NCBI GenBank assembly: GCA_038146885.1 | Contig: JAYQSM010000012.1 | Coordinates: 5,447 to 69,446, forward strand | DNA length: 64,000 nt | From: Rhodospirillaceae bacterium | Lineage (GTDB): Bacteria; Pseudomonadota; Alphaproteobacteria; MPNO01; UBA2964 | Direction: 5' to 3' | In this document: positions 11,306-23,037 of the stretch, piece after piece | Layout: every line of letters starts with the position of its first letter | Position numbering within the stretch: position 1 is the stretch's first letter | Position numbers and translations under genes: made by a program | The notes under the pieces: generated by a model | What the model saw: the letters and a program-made list of their open reading frames with translations, nothing else | The model's database searches: none | Told to the model about the DNA's origin: nothing

Positions 11306-11691
11306 TAAAACTGTTTTTTCATACTTTGTAATTTAGTTTCTCTATTAATCCAATAAGAAGATGATCTTTTTTTTAAACCCATAATATCTTTTTTTAATAT
11401 TCTAACTAATATCCCAAGAGGCGTCACCACAAAGAAAAAAGCTAGTCCCATAATAATTGGAGATATTATTTTTCCAAGTAAAATTCCAAATTGGATCCAG
11501 GATTTGTTTAAAAATGTAAGTAAATTCGGTTTAATAATAGTTATTGTTAAAAACAATAGTGATAAAAGAATTGCCCAAACTCTCACAACTTCATTTGATT
11601 TTAATGGATAAATACCAATAATAAAAAAATAATATAAAAAAATTAAACCGAAAATTACATTGTCTTTTTTTTTAATTAATAAATTTTTCAT
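11305..11691 (-). CDS. SxtJ family membrane protein
   Basis: LNKSWIQFGILLGKIISPIIMGLAFFFVVTPLG...SYWI...MKKQF. Confidence 0.85.
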   Translation of the reverse strand: MKNLLIKKKDNVIFGLIFLYYFFIIGIYPLKSNEVVRVWAILLSLLFLTITIIKPNLLTFLNKSWIQFGILLGKIISPIIMGLAFFFVVTPLGILVRILKKDIMGLKKRSSSYWINRETKLQSMKKQF

Positions 11692-11779
11692 AATAATAAC
11701 TATTTAATTTAGTAATTTTTGAATAATAAACTCCTTAAAGTATTTCAATTTTTTTATATAGTTTGATAATAAATCTACA

Positions 11780-11965
11780 TGCATCTTTTAAATTTATTTC
11801 CCTTATCAAGAATATTTTTTCCTGTTAGTATTTTTTTTTATTACCCTGATGCATGTAACCATACTCAACAATACAAAACTTGTCTACATATGTATCAAAT
11901 TCATTAAATCTTATATTTAATAACATGTCTTCGTAAAACATGTGAAACAATTTAATATTTGAGTC
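11780..11965 (-). pseudogene. Remnant N-terminus of a glycosyltransferase family 17-like gene
   Basis: Translation ..FHMFYEDMLLNIRFNEFDTYVDKFCIVEYGYMHQGNKK.. resembles the GT17 N-terminal pattern (DCFxFxxExxxLxIRxxELxxxVDxFVIVE...H.G.KK). Confidence 0.55.
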
Positions 11966-12149
11966 TTATTTGTTAAAGTCACAATTTGCTTTCTAAAGAT
12001 ATTGTTTTAATATTATTACAAAAATATCAAAAAATTAATATATAAAATTCAAGTTAAACAAATTTTTTGTATGAAATCTTAAAACATACATTATTTTTAA
12101 TGTATCAAATTAAATACTAATCATAAAAAACAATATATAAATAAATTTT

Positions 12150-13421
<1,272 letters not shown>

Positions 13422-13429
13422 TATATTTT

Positions 13430-14427
13430 TTAATATTTAATAGAAAATTTATTATTATTTAATTTTTTTGCTATTTCTTTTTCTATCCATTTATAAGTTA
13501 TTTCTAAACCAGATTTTAAACTAATTTCATAATCCCACCCAATTTTTTTCTCACAAGATCATTATTACTCGAACGACCTCTTACTCCTTTTTTGGCATAT
13601 CTAATAGATAATTTTTTCAACTTTATACTCGCTAATTTCTTCAATAATTTTAACCATTTGATTAATTGAGACTTGTTCCTCTGAACCTATATTCAAAACC
13701 TCTCGACAATCACTTTCAAAAATTTTCTTTGTTCCAATAATACAATCGTCAATAAACATAAAACTTCTTGTTTGCTCACCATCACCCCATATATCTATTG
13801 TCTTTTCTCCCGCATTTTTAGCAATTATCATTTTTCTGCATATTGCTGCAGGCGCTTTTTCTCTCCCTCCATCAAATGTGCCCATGGGACCATATACATT
13901 ATGATACCTTGCAACTCTAGATTCTAATCCATAATCCTCATAAAAATGCCTACACATTCTTTCGCTAAATAACTTTTCCCATCCGTATCCATCCTCTGGC
14001 ATCGCAGGATAAGCGTCTGATTCTTTTAGACCATCTATAAAAACATTTGATTGCTTATCGGCATTATAAACACATGCGCTAGATGAAAAAAAATATTTTT
14101 TAATTTTGTTTACTAAACAGGCGCGTAATAAATTTGTATTTATTAAAACTGAAAGCATGCATTCTGCTTTATTATTTTCTATAAATCCCATACCACCCAT
14201 ATTGCATGCCATATTATAAATATAATCAATATTTTTGGTCAAGTGGAGACAATTTTCATAATCTTTTAAATCCAAAGAAAAGTTTTCATTACAATCAAAT
14301 AATTGAAACCAATTTTCCAAGGGTTTAATATCTACACAAACTAATTCGTGACCATCTTGCAATAAAGATTTTACAAGGTGACCTCCTATAAACCCCCTGC
14401 ACCACAGACTAAATATCTATTTTTCAT
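13430..14427 (-). CDS. NAD-dependent epimerase, GDP-mannose 3,5-epimerase-like (frameshifts at both ends)
   Basis: VCGAGGFIGGHL, NMACNMGGMGFI, YFFSSSACVY, PEDGYGWEKLFSE, GGREKAPAAICRK, WGDGEQTRSF. Confidence 0.88.
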
Positions 14428-14449
14428 AAAATATTCATAATTTATAAAT

Positions 14450-14660
14450 TCATTTGATTTTTCTATTGAGAAATTTGTAATACCATTTATATGTTTCTTC
14501 AATAGTATCTCTCAAATTATGTTTTGGTTTCCACTTAAAAAACTTATATAATTTTTTATAATCCATTGATTGAAATGGAATTTCACCCTTAGATTTTTTT
14601 TTATTCTTAATAAGATTTTTAATTTTTTCAAAATCTTCATATTTTTGAAAATGTTGATAA
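14450..14660 (-). CDS. C-terminal fragment of an NDP-sugar dehydratase/epimerase, cut at the junction
   Basis: ..GEIPFQSMDYKK..KWKPKHNLRDTIEETYKWYYKF, a typical extended-SDR C-terminus. Confidence 0.55.
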
Positions 14661-15362
14661 ATCCAGGTGATCTAGAAGCTTTCGCGCTTCATGATAAGGC
14701 ATCCCCTCGATGCCAGCTGCATGGGAGCCAACGAATAATGCATGTTTTCCATTGGGCCTTTTGGCCACCAGTGGGTGGTGAGCAGGCGGGGTTGCCGCTT
14801 GAACCTCAGGCGGCCTGGGTGGGAGGCCATGGCGACGCCGTGTTTCTTCGAAATCGTGGATGACCGTTAATGTTTTTAACCCTTCGACCTCTTCGAAGGA
14901 CAAAGTCTCGTATGCGAGCGTTGTATCGGCGAACATGGTTTCACCCCCTGATTTTGGGACTTCTATGGCATATAAGGCCGACGCCAAGGAGGGGATCGTT
15001 CTAAACGAGCTGTCAATATGCCAAGAGGAGGTTCCAAGTGTAAAGGATCGGTGCCCCGGGTCGTCGACCGGTTTGATCGATCCTGTAATCTTATCAATAT
15101 TTGTCACGCGCAAGACGGTTTTAAAACCATCGGCTTGGTCTTTGGGGTCTGGAAAATCCTCTAGTTTTCCAAAATATTGGCTAAACCGGACCTGTTGTAA
15201 TGGCGTAAGAGATTGTTTCCGAAAAACAAGGAGACGAAATTTTCCGAAGACGGTTTTTAAATTCATCAGGTCTTCATCGTCCAGAGGGACTGAGAGGTCT
15301 AATCCACTGATTTCGGCTCCTATACCCTCCGAATGCGGCGTTGTGGAAAATCTAGCCTCCAT
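14637..15362 (-). CDS. TauD/TfdA family Fe(II)/2OG dioxygenase, C-terminally truncated at the junction
   Basis: GAEISGLDL, LLVFRKQSLT, WHIDSSF, GGETMFADT, HPLV; the final H-x-W..GD...WDN...H-R segment is missing. Confidence 0.88.
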   Translation of the reverse strand: MEARFSTTPHSEGIGAEISGLDLSVPLDDEDLMNLKTVFGKFRLLVFRKQSLTPLQQVRFSQYFGKLEDFPDPKDQADGFKTVLRVTNIDKITGSIKPVDDPGHRSFTLGTSSWHIDSSFRTIPSLASALYAIEVPKSGGETMFADTTLAYETLSFEEVEGLKTLTVIHDFEETRRRHGLPPRPPEVQAATPPAHHPLVAKRPNGKHALFVGSHAAGIEGMPYHEARKLLDHLDLSTFSKI

Positions 15363-15891
15363 CTTGCTCTCCGGTTTGAGCAATAAAGAATTTTTCAGCG
15401 GCCTGTTTTACTCTTTCGTATTGACGATTTTTATCAAGATCCGGCTCATCGTCGTCAAACTCAGAGAATCCCGAAGCCCGACGTTCCTCACCCCATTTTC
15501 GGACGTGATCCCTGATATCTTGTTCGGTTAAAATCACCCTTAAAAGTTCATTTTGAATTTCGAGTGGTGGTGGGCCATCATCTGGATCGGATTTTGATAT
15601 ATCACGGCAAATGCATCGCAGATATTTTACACCATCTAAAATCAATGCGGCTTCTTCTTTGCTCCAATTCTTCTCTGGTTGAAAATTATTCCTTTGCAGC
15701 GCTTGAATTTGATTAAATGTCACGGTCCCCGGACTACCCAATCTAGGCATTTCTCGGTTCTTTGGTTTTTCTTGCCGCTGCACCACACCGGCCGTTGGAT
15801 CGCCATAGGTTTTCCGACGACGGTGGATCTTTACAAGTACCCAGCCTCCCCAAACCAGAGCGGCAACTACTAGGCCAGTTTCAAGATCCAT
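15352..15891 (-). CDS. Hypothetical protein with N-terminal membrane anchor
   Basis: 179-aa ORF; SD-like AAGGA upstream; hydrophobic N-terminus; overlaps the TauD start. Confidence 0.7.
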   Translation of the reverse strand: MDLETGLVVAALVWGGWVLVKIHRRRKTYGDPTAGVVQRQEKPKNREMPRLGSPGTVTFNQIQALQRNNFQPEKNWSKEEAALILDGVKYLRCICRDISKSDPDDGPPPLEIQNELLRVILTEQDIRDHVRKWGEERRASGFSEFDDDEPDLDKNRQYERVKQAAEKFFIAQTGEQDGG

Positions 15892-16254
15892 TAGTCTTCC
15901 TTAAACGCCGAAATCCCTGCACATAAACATGGTGAGGTAATGGGTTCAAGTACAGGGACTTGATGGGGAAGAGAATTTAAATGATCTGCCGAAGATCGCC
16001 CTCGACCCTTAGTGCTTGAATATTTCTGGGATCTCATGGGCAGCAGTTCTTGAGATCTCTCGATTCCTTGGTTAGCGTAGCTATTTCTGTTATGGCGACC
16101 GATTTGATTCACAATGCGAACTGAGTACATTATTCTAGGCGTAATGGTAATAGCCGCGGGCTTAGCTTTTCCTGCTTTTCGAGATGTCCAACTTATTCAA
16201 GACATTTTTGTTTCTTTCTGCAGCGGGCTCGGGATTCTTTAAAATATCGGGTGT

Positions 16255-17367
<1,113 letters not shown>

Positions 17368-17430
17368 TCACTCCATCAAGCATTTATAAAATTGGTTAAG
17401 ACTCATTGTGGGCTTGAAGCTTTAAAACCT

Positions 17431-18720
17431 TCAACCGAAAAGATAGGAACACGCGAGGATGGCCCCAGTAATCCCGGCAAAATCAGCGGTCAAAGCGACG
17501 GCCAACGCATACCGAATTCGCTTGATTTGTACGGCCCCAAAATAAACTGCCAAAACGTAAAAAGTAGTCTCGGTCGAACCCTGCAAAGTGCTAACCAAAT
17601 ATCCAGTATAGCTATCCGGTCCAATCGCAGGATCATTGATTGTCGCAGCGACAATCCCATACGCCCCAGAGCCGGAAAGAGGTCTAAGGAGTGCCATTGG
17701 AAGAGCATCTCCCGGCAGTCCGAACTGACTCGTAATGGATCCTGCCCAGTTGACAAATATATCGAGCGCACCACTGTTTCTCAGCATACCGACAGCAACA
17801 AGGATCGCCACCAAATAGGGTATAATCCTTACAGCAACTTTAAACCCTTCTTCTGCTCCCTCTACAAAAGTTTCATAGACAGGAACATTTTTGATTAGTC
17901 CATATATTAGAAAGCTCACCATTAAACCTGGGATGATCCATGGTGCGAGATGTGTTCCATAAATGACTGTCAGTGGTATCAGCATCACTAATGCAAACAG
18001 AGCCATACTAGAAATCCAAAGGGGATAGCCCTGACCACTGAGGTCCTCGGTCTCATTGGCCATTTCAGTCGTTTGTCCCGCGTTCCTTGGAGCCTCCCCG
18101 ATCCCGGAAGAGCTTCGATACCATTTAGAGAGTAATTTCGCGCTTAGGATTGCTATGGTCGTCGAAAGTAAGGTTGCAAAAAGAGTTGTCGGAAGAATCC
18201 CGGCAGGATCGTTCGATCCAGCGGCCGCTCGGAGAGCGATAATTCCCGTCGGGAGGAGGGTGACGCTTGAGGTGTTAATGGCGAGGAACAGGATCATCGG
18301 ATCTGTTGCAGTCCCCTTGTTCGGATTCAATTGGTCAAGCTCTTGCATGGCTTTGATACCAAATGGCGTTGCGGCGTTGCCGAGACCCAAAGCGTTGGCT
18401 GACAAATTCATAATCATGGCGCCCATTGCCGGATGATTCTGTGGCACTTCTGGGAACAGACGGATCATCAGAGGGCGAAGGAGTTTTGCTAGGACGCTTA
18501 AAAGTCCTCCTTTTTCGGCAATTTTCATTAATCCTAGAAACAGTGCCATGACCCCAATAAGTCCTAACGCCAAGGTAACGGCGCTTCCCGCCGTTTCGAT
18601 CATTCCCAGTCCCAGGAGGTGCATGGGCGCTTTATCGAGAGCGTCTCCGGTCCATTGCCATTGGCGCCAGGCCGTTACACTAAAGGCAATTAAAACAAAG
18701 AAGGAAAAAACGTAAGTCAA
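17431..18720 (-). CDS. SpmA/SpmB fused nucleoside-recognition (Gate) domain membrane protein; likely TTG start at 18720
   Basis: NALGLGNAATPFGIKAMQEL (SpmA), LRPLSGSGA and GSTETTFYVLAVYFGAV (SpmB); the TTG overlaps the upstream MFS stop codon. Confidence 0.9.
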   Translation of the reverse strand: MTYVFSFFVLIAFSVTAWRQWQWTGDALDKAPMHLLGLGMIETAGSAVTLALGLIGVMALFLGLMKIAEKGGLLSVLAKLLRPLMIRLFPEVPQNHPAMGAMIMNLSANALGLGNAATPFGIKAMQELDQLNPNKGTATDPMILFLAINTSSVTLLPTGIIALRAAAGSNDPAGILPTTLFATLLSTTIAILSAKLLSKWYRSSSGIGEAPRNAGQTTEMANETEDLSGQGYPLWISSMALFALVMLIPLTVIYGTHLAPWIIPGLMVSFLIYGLIKNVPVYETFVEGAEEGFKVAVRIIPYLVAILVAVGMLRNSGALDIFVNWAGSITSQFGLPGDALPMALLRPLSGSGAYGIVAATINDPAIGPDSYTGYLVSTLQGSTETTFYVLAVYFGAVQIKRIRYALAVALTADFAGITGAILACSYLFG

Positions 18721-19958
18721 TTGCCTGAACCGGACTCTAATTTTTGAACAAGGATGTCCGTTATGCTGATAACGGCTGCTGAGAAAAGTATGAGGCAGCC
18801 AGCAGCGATGAACACCAGTTCGGCTCGACCACCATCCATTAACCAACCGAATAAAATTGGCGTGAGAGAGGCACCCACATCTAAGCCACAATAAACAAAG
18901 CCGAAGACGCGGCCTGAGGCACCTGGGGGTGTTAAGGAACGAATAAACAGGTCGCGGCTTGGGAGTGCGAAGCCAAACAAAAGGCCGGCTATAATCAACA
19001 GCGCGAAGACTAAAACAGGAATATTTGGGACCACCGGAATGACTAAAAGAAATACACCAGAGAGACTGAATGCGCGGACTGCATTTTGATTGTGGTTCTC
19101 AGATCTATCTGCCCAAATGCCCCCTAAAGCGATCCCAAGGACCCCCGCGGTGCTGAATGCAGCAATCGCATTTCCTGAAAACACTACAGAAAATTGCCAG
19201 CCTTCATGCAAAGCTGTCGGCCCCATTGTTTTAAAACCAATCAAACCCATTGCCAGGATGAAAAAGAAGAAAAAGCCTAGCAAGATTGTTGGTTGCATTA
19301 AAATGTGGAGGCCGGCAGAGAGAGACTTTGGATCCGAGCTCCCTTTGTTTAACTGCTGAGATGAGTCCATGTTCAGATTCGGCTTCCAAAACAGCAGAAA
19401 CAGAGCAACAGTGATTCCAATTCCGCCTGCGATTGCCACGGCACCTCGCCACCCCAAAAGAGGCTCAATAAGCGGCAAAGCTGCCGGCGCAATTGCAAAC
19501 CCGATATATCCTCCGATGCTGTGCGCACTATACGCCTTTCCGAGATGCTGTTTTGAAACAGCTCCATTTATCAAACTGTAATCCGCAGGATGAAATACGC
19601 TGTTGCCAATTCCAGCAATGATGGAAAGTAGGGCTAGAAATGCGTAGTTCGGCGCAAGGCTGTAGCAGAACAGTGATAGGGACAAGATCCCAAGTCCACA
19701 GATTAAAACCGGTCGAGCTCCAATTCTATCAACCAAGAACCCTGCGGGTGTTTGGAAAAGACCGGAGCTCGCAAAGAAGAGTGAAGCTAATAACCCTAAC
19801 TGTGTGTAGCTGACGCCGATACCACCTTGTTCATAGCTCTCAGCAATAAAAGGAAAAAGTGGTGCTAAAGTGAATTGATACGCATGGCTGAGCAGGTGAA
19901 CTAAACCGATTATACCGATTACATGGACATCTCTCTGCGATCGGGAAATGGTATTCAT
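18717..19958 (-). CDS. MFS transporter (Fsr-like)
   Basis: QTPAGFLVDRIGAR, GIGNSVFHPADYS; 12-TM pattern. Confidence 0.9.
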   Translation of the reverse strand: MNTISRSQRDVHVIGIIGLVHLLSHAYQFTLAPLFPFIAESYEQGGIGVSYTQLGLLASLFFASSGLFQTPAGFLVDRIGARPVLICGLGILSLSLFCYSLAPNYAFLALLSIIAGIGNSVFHPADYSLINGAVSKQHLGKAYSAHSIGGYIGFAIAPAALPLIEPLLGWRGAVAIAGGIGITVALFLLFWKPNLNMDSSQQLNKGSSDPKSLSAGLHILMQPTILLGFFFFFILAMGLIGFKTMGPTALHEGWQFSVVFSGNAIAAFSTAGVLGIALGGIWADRSENHNQNAVRAFSLSGVFLLVIPVVPNIPVLVFALLIIAGLLFGFALPSRDLFIRSLTPPGASGRVFGFVYCGLDVGASLTPILFGWLMDGGRAELVFIAAGCLILFSAAVISITDILVQKLESGSGN

Positions 19959-21178
19959 AAAACCTCAGGGCTCCGCTGTTCTCGTACGGCCATTGCGCGG
20001 GCCAGAAGAACAATACAAACCCCAATGAGCATCACTATTCCGACGCCAATAAAAACAAGGTTCGGTAATTGCTGCTGAAGTAGATACCCGAAAACAACCC
20101 CAGATATCGCGGAACCTACGTCCATCCCTGAATAGGTAAAGCCGAATACTTTACCAGCGGCACCCGGAGGAGTGATTGTCCTTATGACCATATCTCTCAT
20201 CGGCCCCGCAATTCCATAGAGGAGGCCATAAATAATGAGAACCGGAATGAAAATATAGGGATCAGACAATTGAAAAATTGGAAAAATTTGAAGCAGAACT
20301 GCCCCGATGAGAACAACTATAGCCGTCATGTAGTCATGTCTTGAAATTCGGTCTGCAATAAAGCCGCCAATAAGAACACCTGCTATTGTACCTGTTAGCT
20401 GCAGAGAAATGGCGCCGTTCGCTAACTTCGCCGGGATGTCAATCAACTGCATTAGGGCTCCGGCACCAAGGGTCATAAGACCGACCGAGCCCATAGCCAT
20501 GAAAGCAAAAAAGAGAAATGCGAGAATAAAACTTGGTCTCGCTAAGGCACTTATTTCATTTCGGATGGGTTGGGGTCTTATCCCTTTATCGAGACCGCAA
20601 TCGCGGAGACAGGGACGATTAATCCAAAGAAGAGCTGTTACGCCGAGCCCGAGTGAACCGACTAAAAGAACGCTCTCCCTCCAACCTATTTCTGAACCTA
20701 GTGCAAGCATTAGAAATGGCGCAGAGGCATACCCAATGTAGCCACCAAAATGATGAACGCTAAAGGCTCGTCCCATTCGTGAGGGATCTACGCTTCCATT
20801 TAAAATGCTAAAATCAGCCGGATGAAACACCGAGTTTCCAAGCCCCGCAAGAAAGGCTAGGACCAGCATGGTGGGGTAACTATCCGCGAACCAAAATCCC
20901 ATCATTGAAATTGACATTAAAAACGTCCCACCTATCAACATGGGACGAGCTCCGAGCTTATCGACCAGAAAACCGGACGGCGTCTGTGTTAACGCTGATG
21001 CCACAAATAGCGTAGCAGACAATGTTCCCAATTCAGCCCAGCTTAGCCCTTCTATTTTAAGCATGAGTGGGAATAACGCTGGGAGCGTTAATTGATAGAA
21101 ATGACTAAAAAAATGCGCTGTCCCGATCAAGCTAATTACCCGAGTGTCGGTTGCCGTTGCTGCCGCTGAAACTTGCAT
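19955..21178 (-). CDS. MFS transporter (Fsr-like); start likely at 21178
   Basis: AHFFSHFYQL, GFLVDKLGAR, GLGNSVFHPADFS; SD AAGGA before MQVSAA. Confidence 0.9.
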   Translation of the reverse strand: MQVSAAATATDTRVISLIGTAHFFSHFYQLTLPALFPLMLKIEGLSWAELGTLSATLFVASALTQTPSGFLVDKLGARPMLIGGTFLMSISMMGFWFADSYPTMLVLAFLAGLGNSVFHPADFSILNGSVDPSRMGRAFSVHHFGGYIGYASAPFLMLALGSEIGWRESVLLVGSLGLGVTALLWINRPCLRDCGLDKGIRPQPIRNEISALARPSFILAFLFFAFMAMGSVGLMTLGAGALMQLIDIPAKLANGAISLQLTGTIAGVLIGGFIADRISRHDYMTAIVVLIGAVLLQIFPIFQLSDPYIFIPVLIIYGLLYGIAGPMRDMVIRTITPPGAAGKVFGFTYSGMDVGSAISGVVFGYLLQQQLPNLVFIGVGIVMLIGVCIVLLARAMAVREQRSPEVL

Positions 21179-21330
21179 GACTTGTCCTTGAGTTCTGGTT
21201 CTGGTGTGAACGGTCAGAATGATAGCAGCTAAGACGAGTCTGGCCAGTTCCAATCCTTTGGTAACTTGACACCGTACTTGAGCCCGTTAACTCTCTTCTT
21301 ACATCATTTTTTTATTGCGGAGGATCAAGA

Positions 21331-22131
21331 TTGAAAATTGGAATTGCAGGGTTCGGTGCCATTGGAAAAGTGGTGGCCCAGGCGGTTGATCGAGACATAG
21401 AAGACATGCAACTCGTGGGGGTTTCGGTTCGTGATGCAGAAAAGGCAAGGGCATCAATGGGATTTCTTACAAATCCAGTTTCGGTTCTAAGTCCGAAAGA
21501 GCTTGTGGCCGAGTCCGATGTCATTGTGGAGTGTGTTCCCAAGGCGGCTTTTATGGATTTTGCGGTTCCTGCGCTTGAGGCTGGGCTTACTTTTGTAACG
21601 GTCAGTGGTGCCGGCATTCTGGCCAATCCAGATGTGATTGACATGGCTAAAAAGAATCATGCTCGGATAATTCTCGCAACCGGGGCCTTGCTCGGACTTG
21701 ATGCGGTCAGAGCGGCTGCGGAGGGCAAAATTCATGAAATAAGAATGGTCACCCGAAAACCACCAAATGCACTCAAAGGAGCTCCTCATCTCGTGAAGAA
21801 CAGTATTTCTGTGGACGATCTCACGGATGCGAAACTTGTTTTCACAGGAAATGCCGCAGAGGGAGCGATTGGGTTCCCGGCTAATGTTAATGTAGCGGCT
21901 GCTCTTGGACTCGCTGGCATCGGAGCGGAAATGACAAAATTGGAGATCTGGGCGGATCCGGCACTAACTCGAAATACGCATACAATCAAAGTCGACTCCG
22001 ATAGTGCGCGGTTTGAGATGACTATAGAAAATGTCCAGTCGGAAGAAAATCCGGGTACTGGAAAGATAACCGCTTTGAGTGTGATTGCGTGCCTAAAAGG
22101 TATGGTCGCCCCGCTGCGTGTTGGGACTTAG
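21331..22131 (+). CDS. nadX: L-aspartate dehydrogenase family protein
   Basis: GFGAIG, TGALLGLD, TRKPP, FPANVNVAAAL, NTH, NPGTGKITALS. Confidence 0.88.
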   Translation: MKIGIAGFGAIGKVVAQAVDRDIEDMQLVGVSVRDAEKARASMGFLTNPVSVLSPKELVAESDVIVECVPKAAFMDFAVPALEAGLTFVTVSGAGILANPDVIDMAKKNHARIILATGALLGLDAVRAAAEGKIHEIRMVTRKPPNALKGAPHLVKNSISVDDLTDAKLVFTGNAAEGAIGFPANVNVAAALGLAGIGAEMTKLEIWADPALTRNTHTIKVDSDSARFEMTIENVQSEENPGTGKITALSVIACLKGMVAPLRVGT

Positions 22132-22143
22132 GGGAAATAAAAA

Positions 22144-23037
22144 ATGGAATATAAGGCACTCAAATGGGATGTGATTGCCAATCCCAATAAGCCGGAAGAG
22201 AGGTCTATTGGCATCATAACAATGAACAGGCCAGAGAGTCTCAACGCCGTCGATGTTCGAATGCGGGTTGAGTTAGATATCTTATGCGATGAAATTAGGC
22301 ACAATTCTCATATTCGGGTCGTTGTCCTTACAGGAGAAGGGCGTGGATTTTCCGCAGGGGGGGACCTTAAGTCGGAAGCAGGGCCGGTCGGAGCCGCCGA
22401 TGAAGACTTCGATCTCGGTAATTTTGGTCCCTATAAAGAGCTCGCAGGATATTTCTTTAACGATTTGCGTCATGAAGTTTTGCAACGAGCCTTCCGAAAG
22501 CTAGAAGACCTTCCCCCGGTCGTGATTGCCGCTATTAACGGTCCGGCGGTCGGGATCGGGCTGGAGATGTGCACTTTATGCGATATTCGGTACGCTTCCG
22601 ACAGGGCGAAGCTTGGTGAAGTTGCAGTGCCGGCAGGATTTTTGCCCGAGTCGGGTGGTGCTCGAAATCTTCCCAAGTTGGTCGGAGTTGGACGAGCGAT
22701 GGAAATGATATTAACCGGACGGATTGTAGAGGCGGAGGAAGCCGAGAGAATTGGCCTGGTAGATCGTGTTGTTCCGCATGAAACGCTCATGGAGGAGGTC
22801 CTCTCGCTGGCTTCAGAAATAGCGAGTAACCCTTACCTATCTGTAAGGCATGCGAAAGCGTTGGTAAAATTCTATTGGAATCAAAACCGTACCGATGAGG
22901 GGTGGGCACGGGAACTTGAGGGGATCAAGGAGATAACGAGGACGAAGGATTGCCAGGAGGGAATTAGAGCATTTCTCTCAAAGCGGTCACCTGAGTTTAA
23001 GGGACCCTATTACGATAATGATCCATTCAAAAAATGA
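22144..23037 (+). CDS. Enoyl-CoA hydratase/isomerase (crotonase) family protein
   Basis: GRGFSAGGDL, AAINGPAVGIGLE..CDIR, EMILTGRIVEAEEAERIGLV. Confidence 0.92.
   Translation: MEYKALKWDVIANPNKPEERSIGIITMNRPESLNAVDVRMRVELDILCDEIRHNSHIRVVVLTGEGRGFSAGGDLKSEAGPVGAADEDFDLGNFGPYKELAGYFFNDLRHEVLQRAFRKLEDLPPVVIAAINGPAVGIGLEMCTLCDIRYASDRAKLGEVAVPAGFLPESGGARNLPKLVGVGRAMEMILTGRIVEAEEAERIGLVDRVVPHETLMEEVLSLASEIASNPYLSVRHAKALVKFYWNQNRTDEGWARELEGIKEITRTKDCQEGIRAFLSKRSPEFKGPYYDNDPFKK

Noticed and set aside
9311-11691. Saxitoxin biosynthesis
   Set aside because: No sxtA, sxtG or other core genes; the trio sits among sugar-modification genes.
14630-14680. Genuine horizontal-transfer boundary
   Set aside because: Genes are cut on both sides, the error profile changes, and no mobility signature is present.
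15891-16130. 79-aa ORF upstream of the hypothetical protein
   Set aside because: No recognisable motif or clear SD; probably intergenic DNA.
17431-18891. Long N-terminal extensions in the ORF track (SpmAB; also MFS genes, SdhE, Rieske beta, Atm1)
   Set aside because: They overlap neighbouring genes or precede better SD/start pairs; shorter starts were used.
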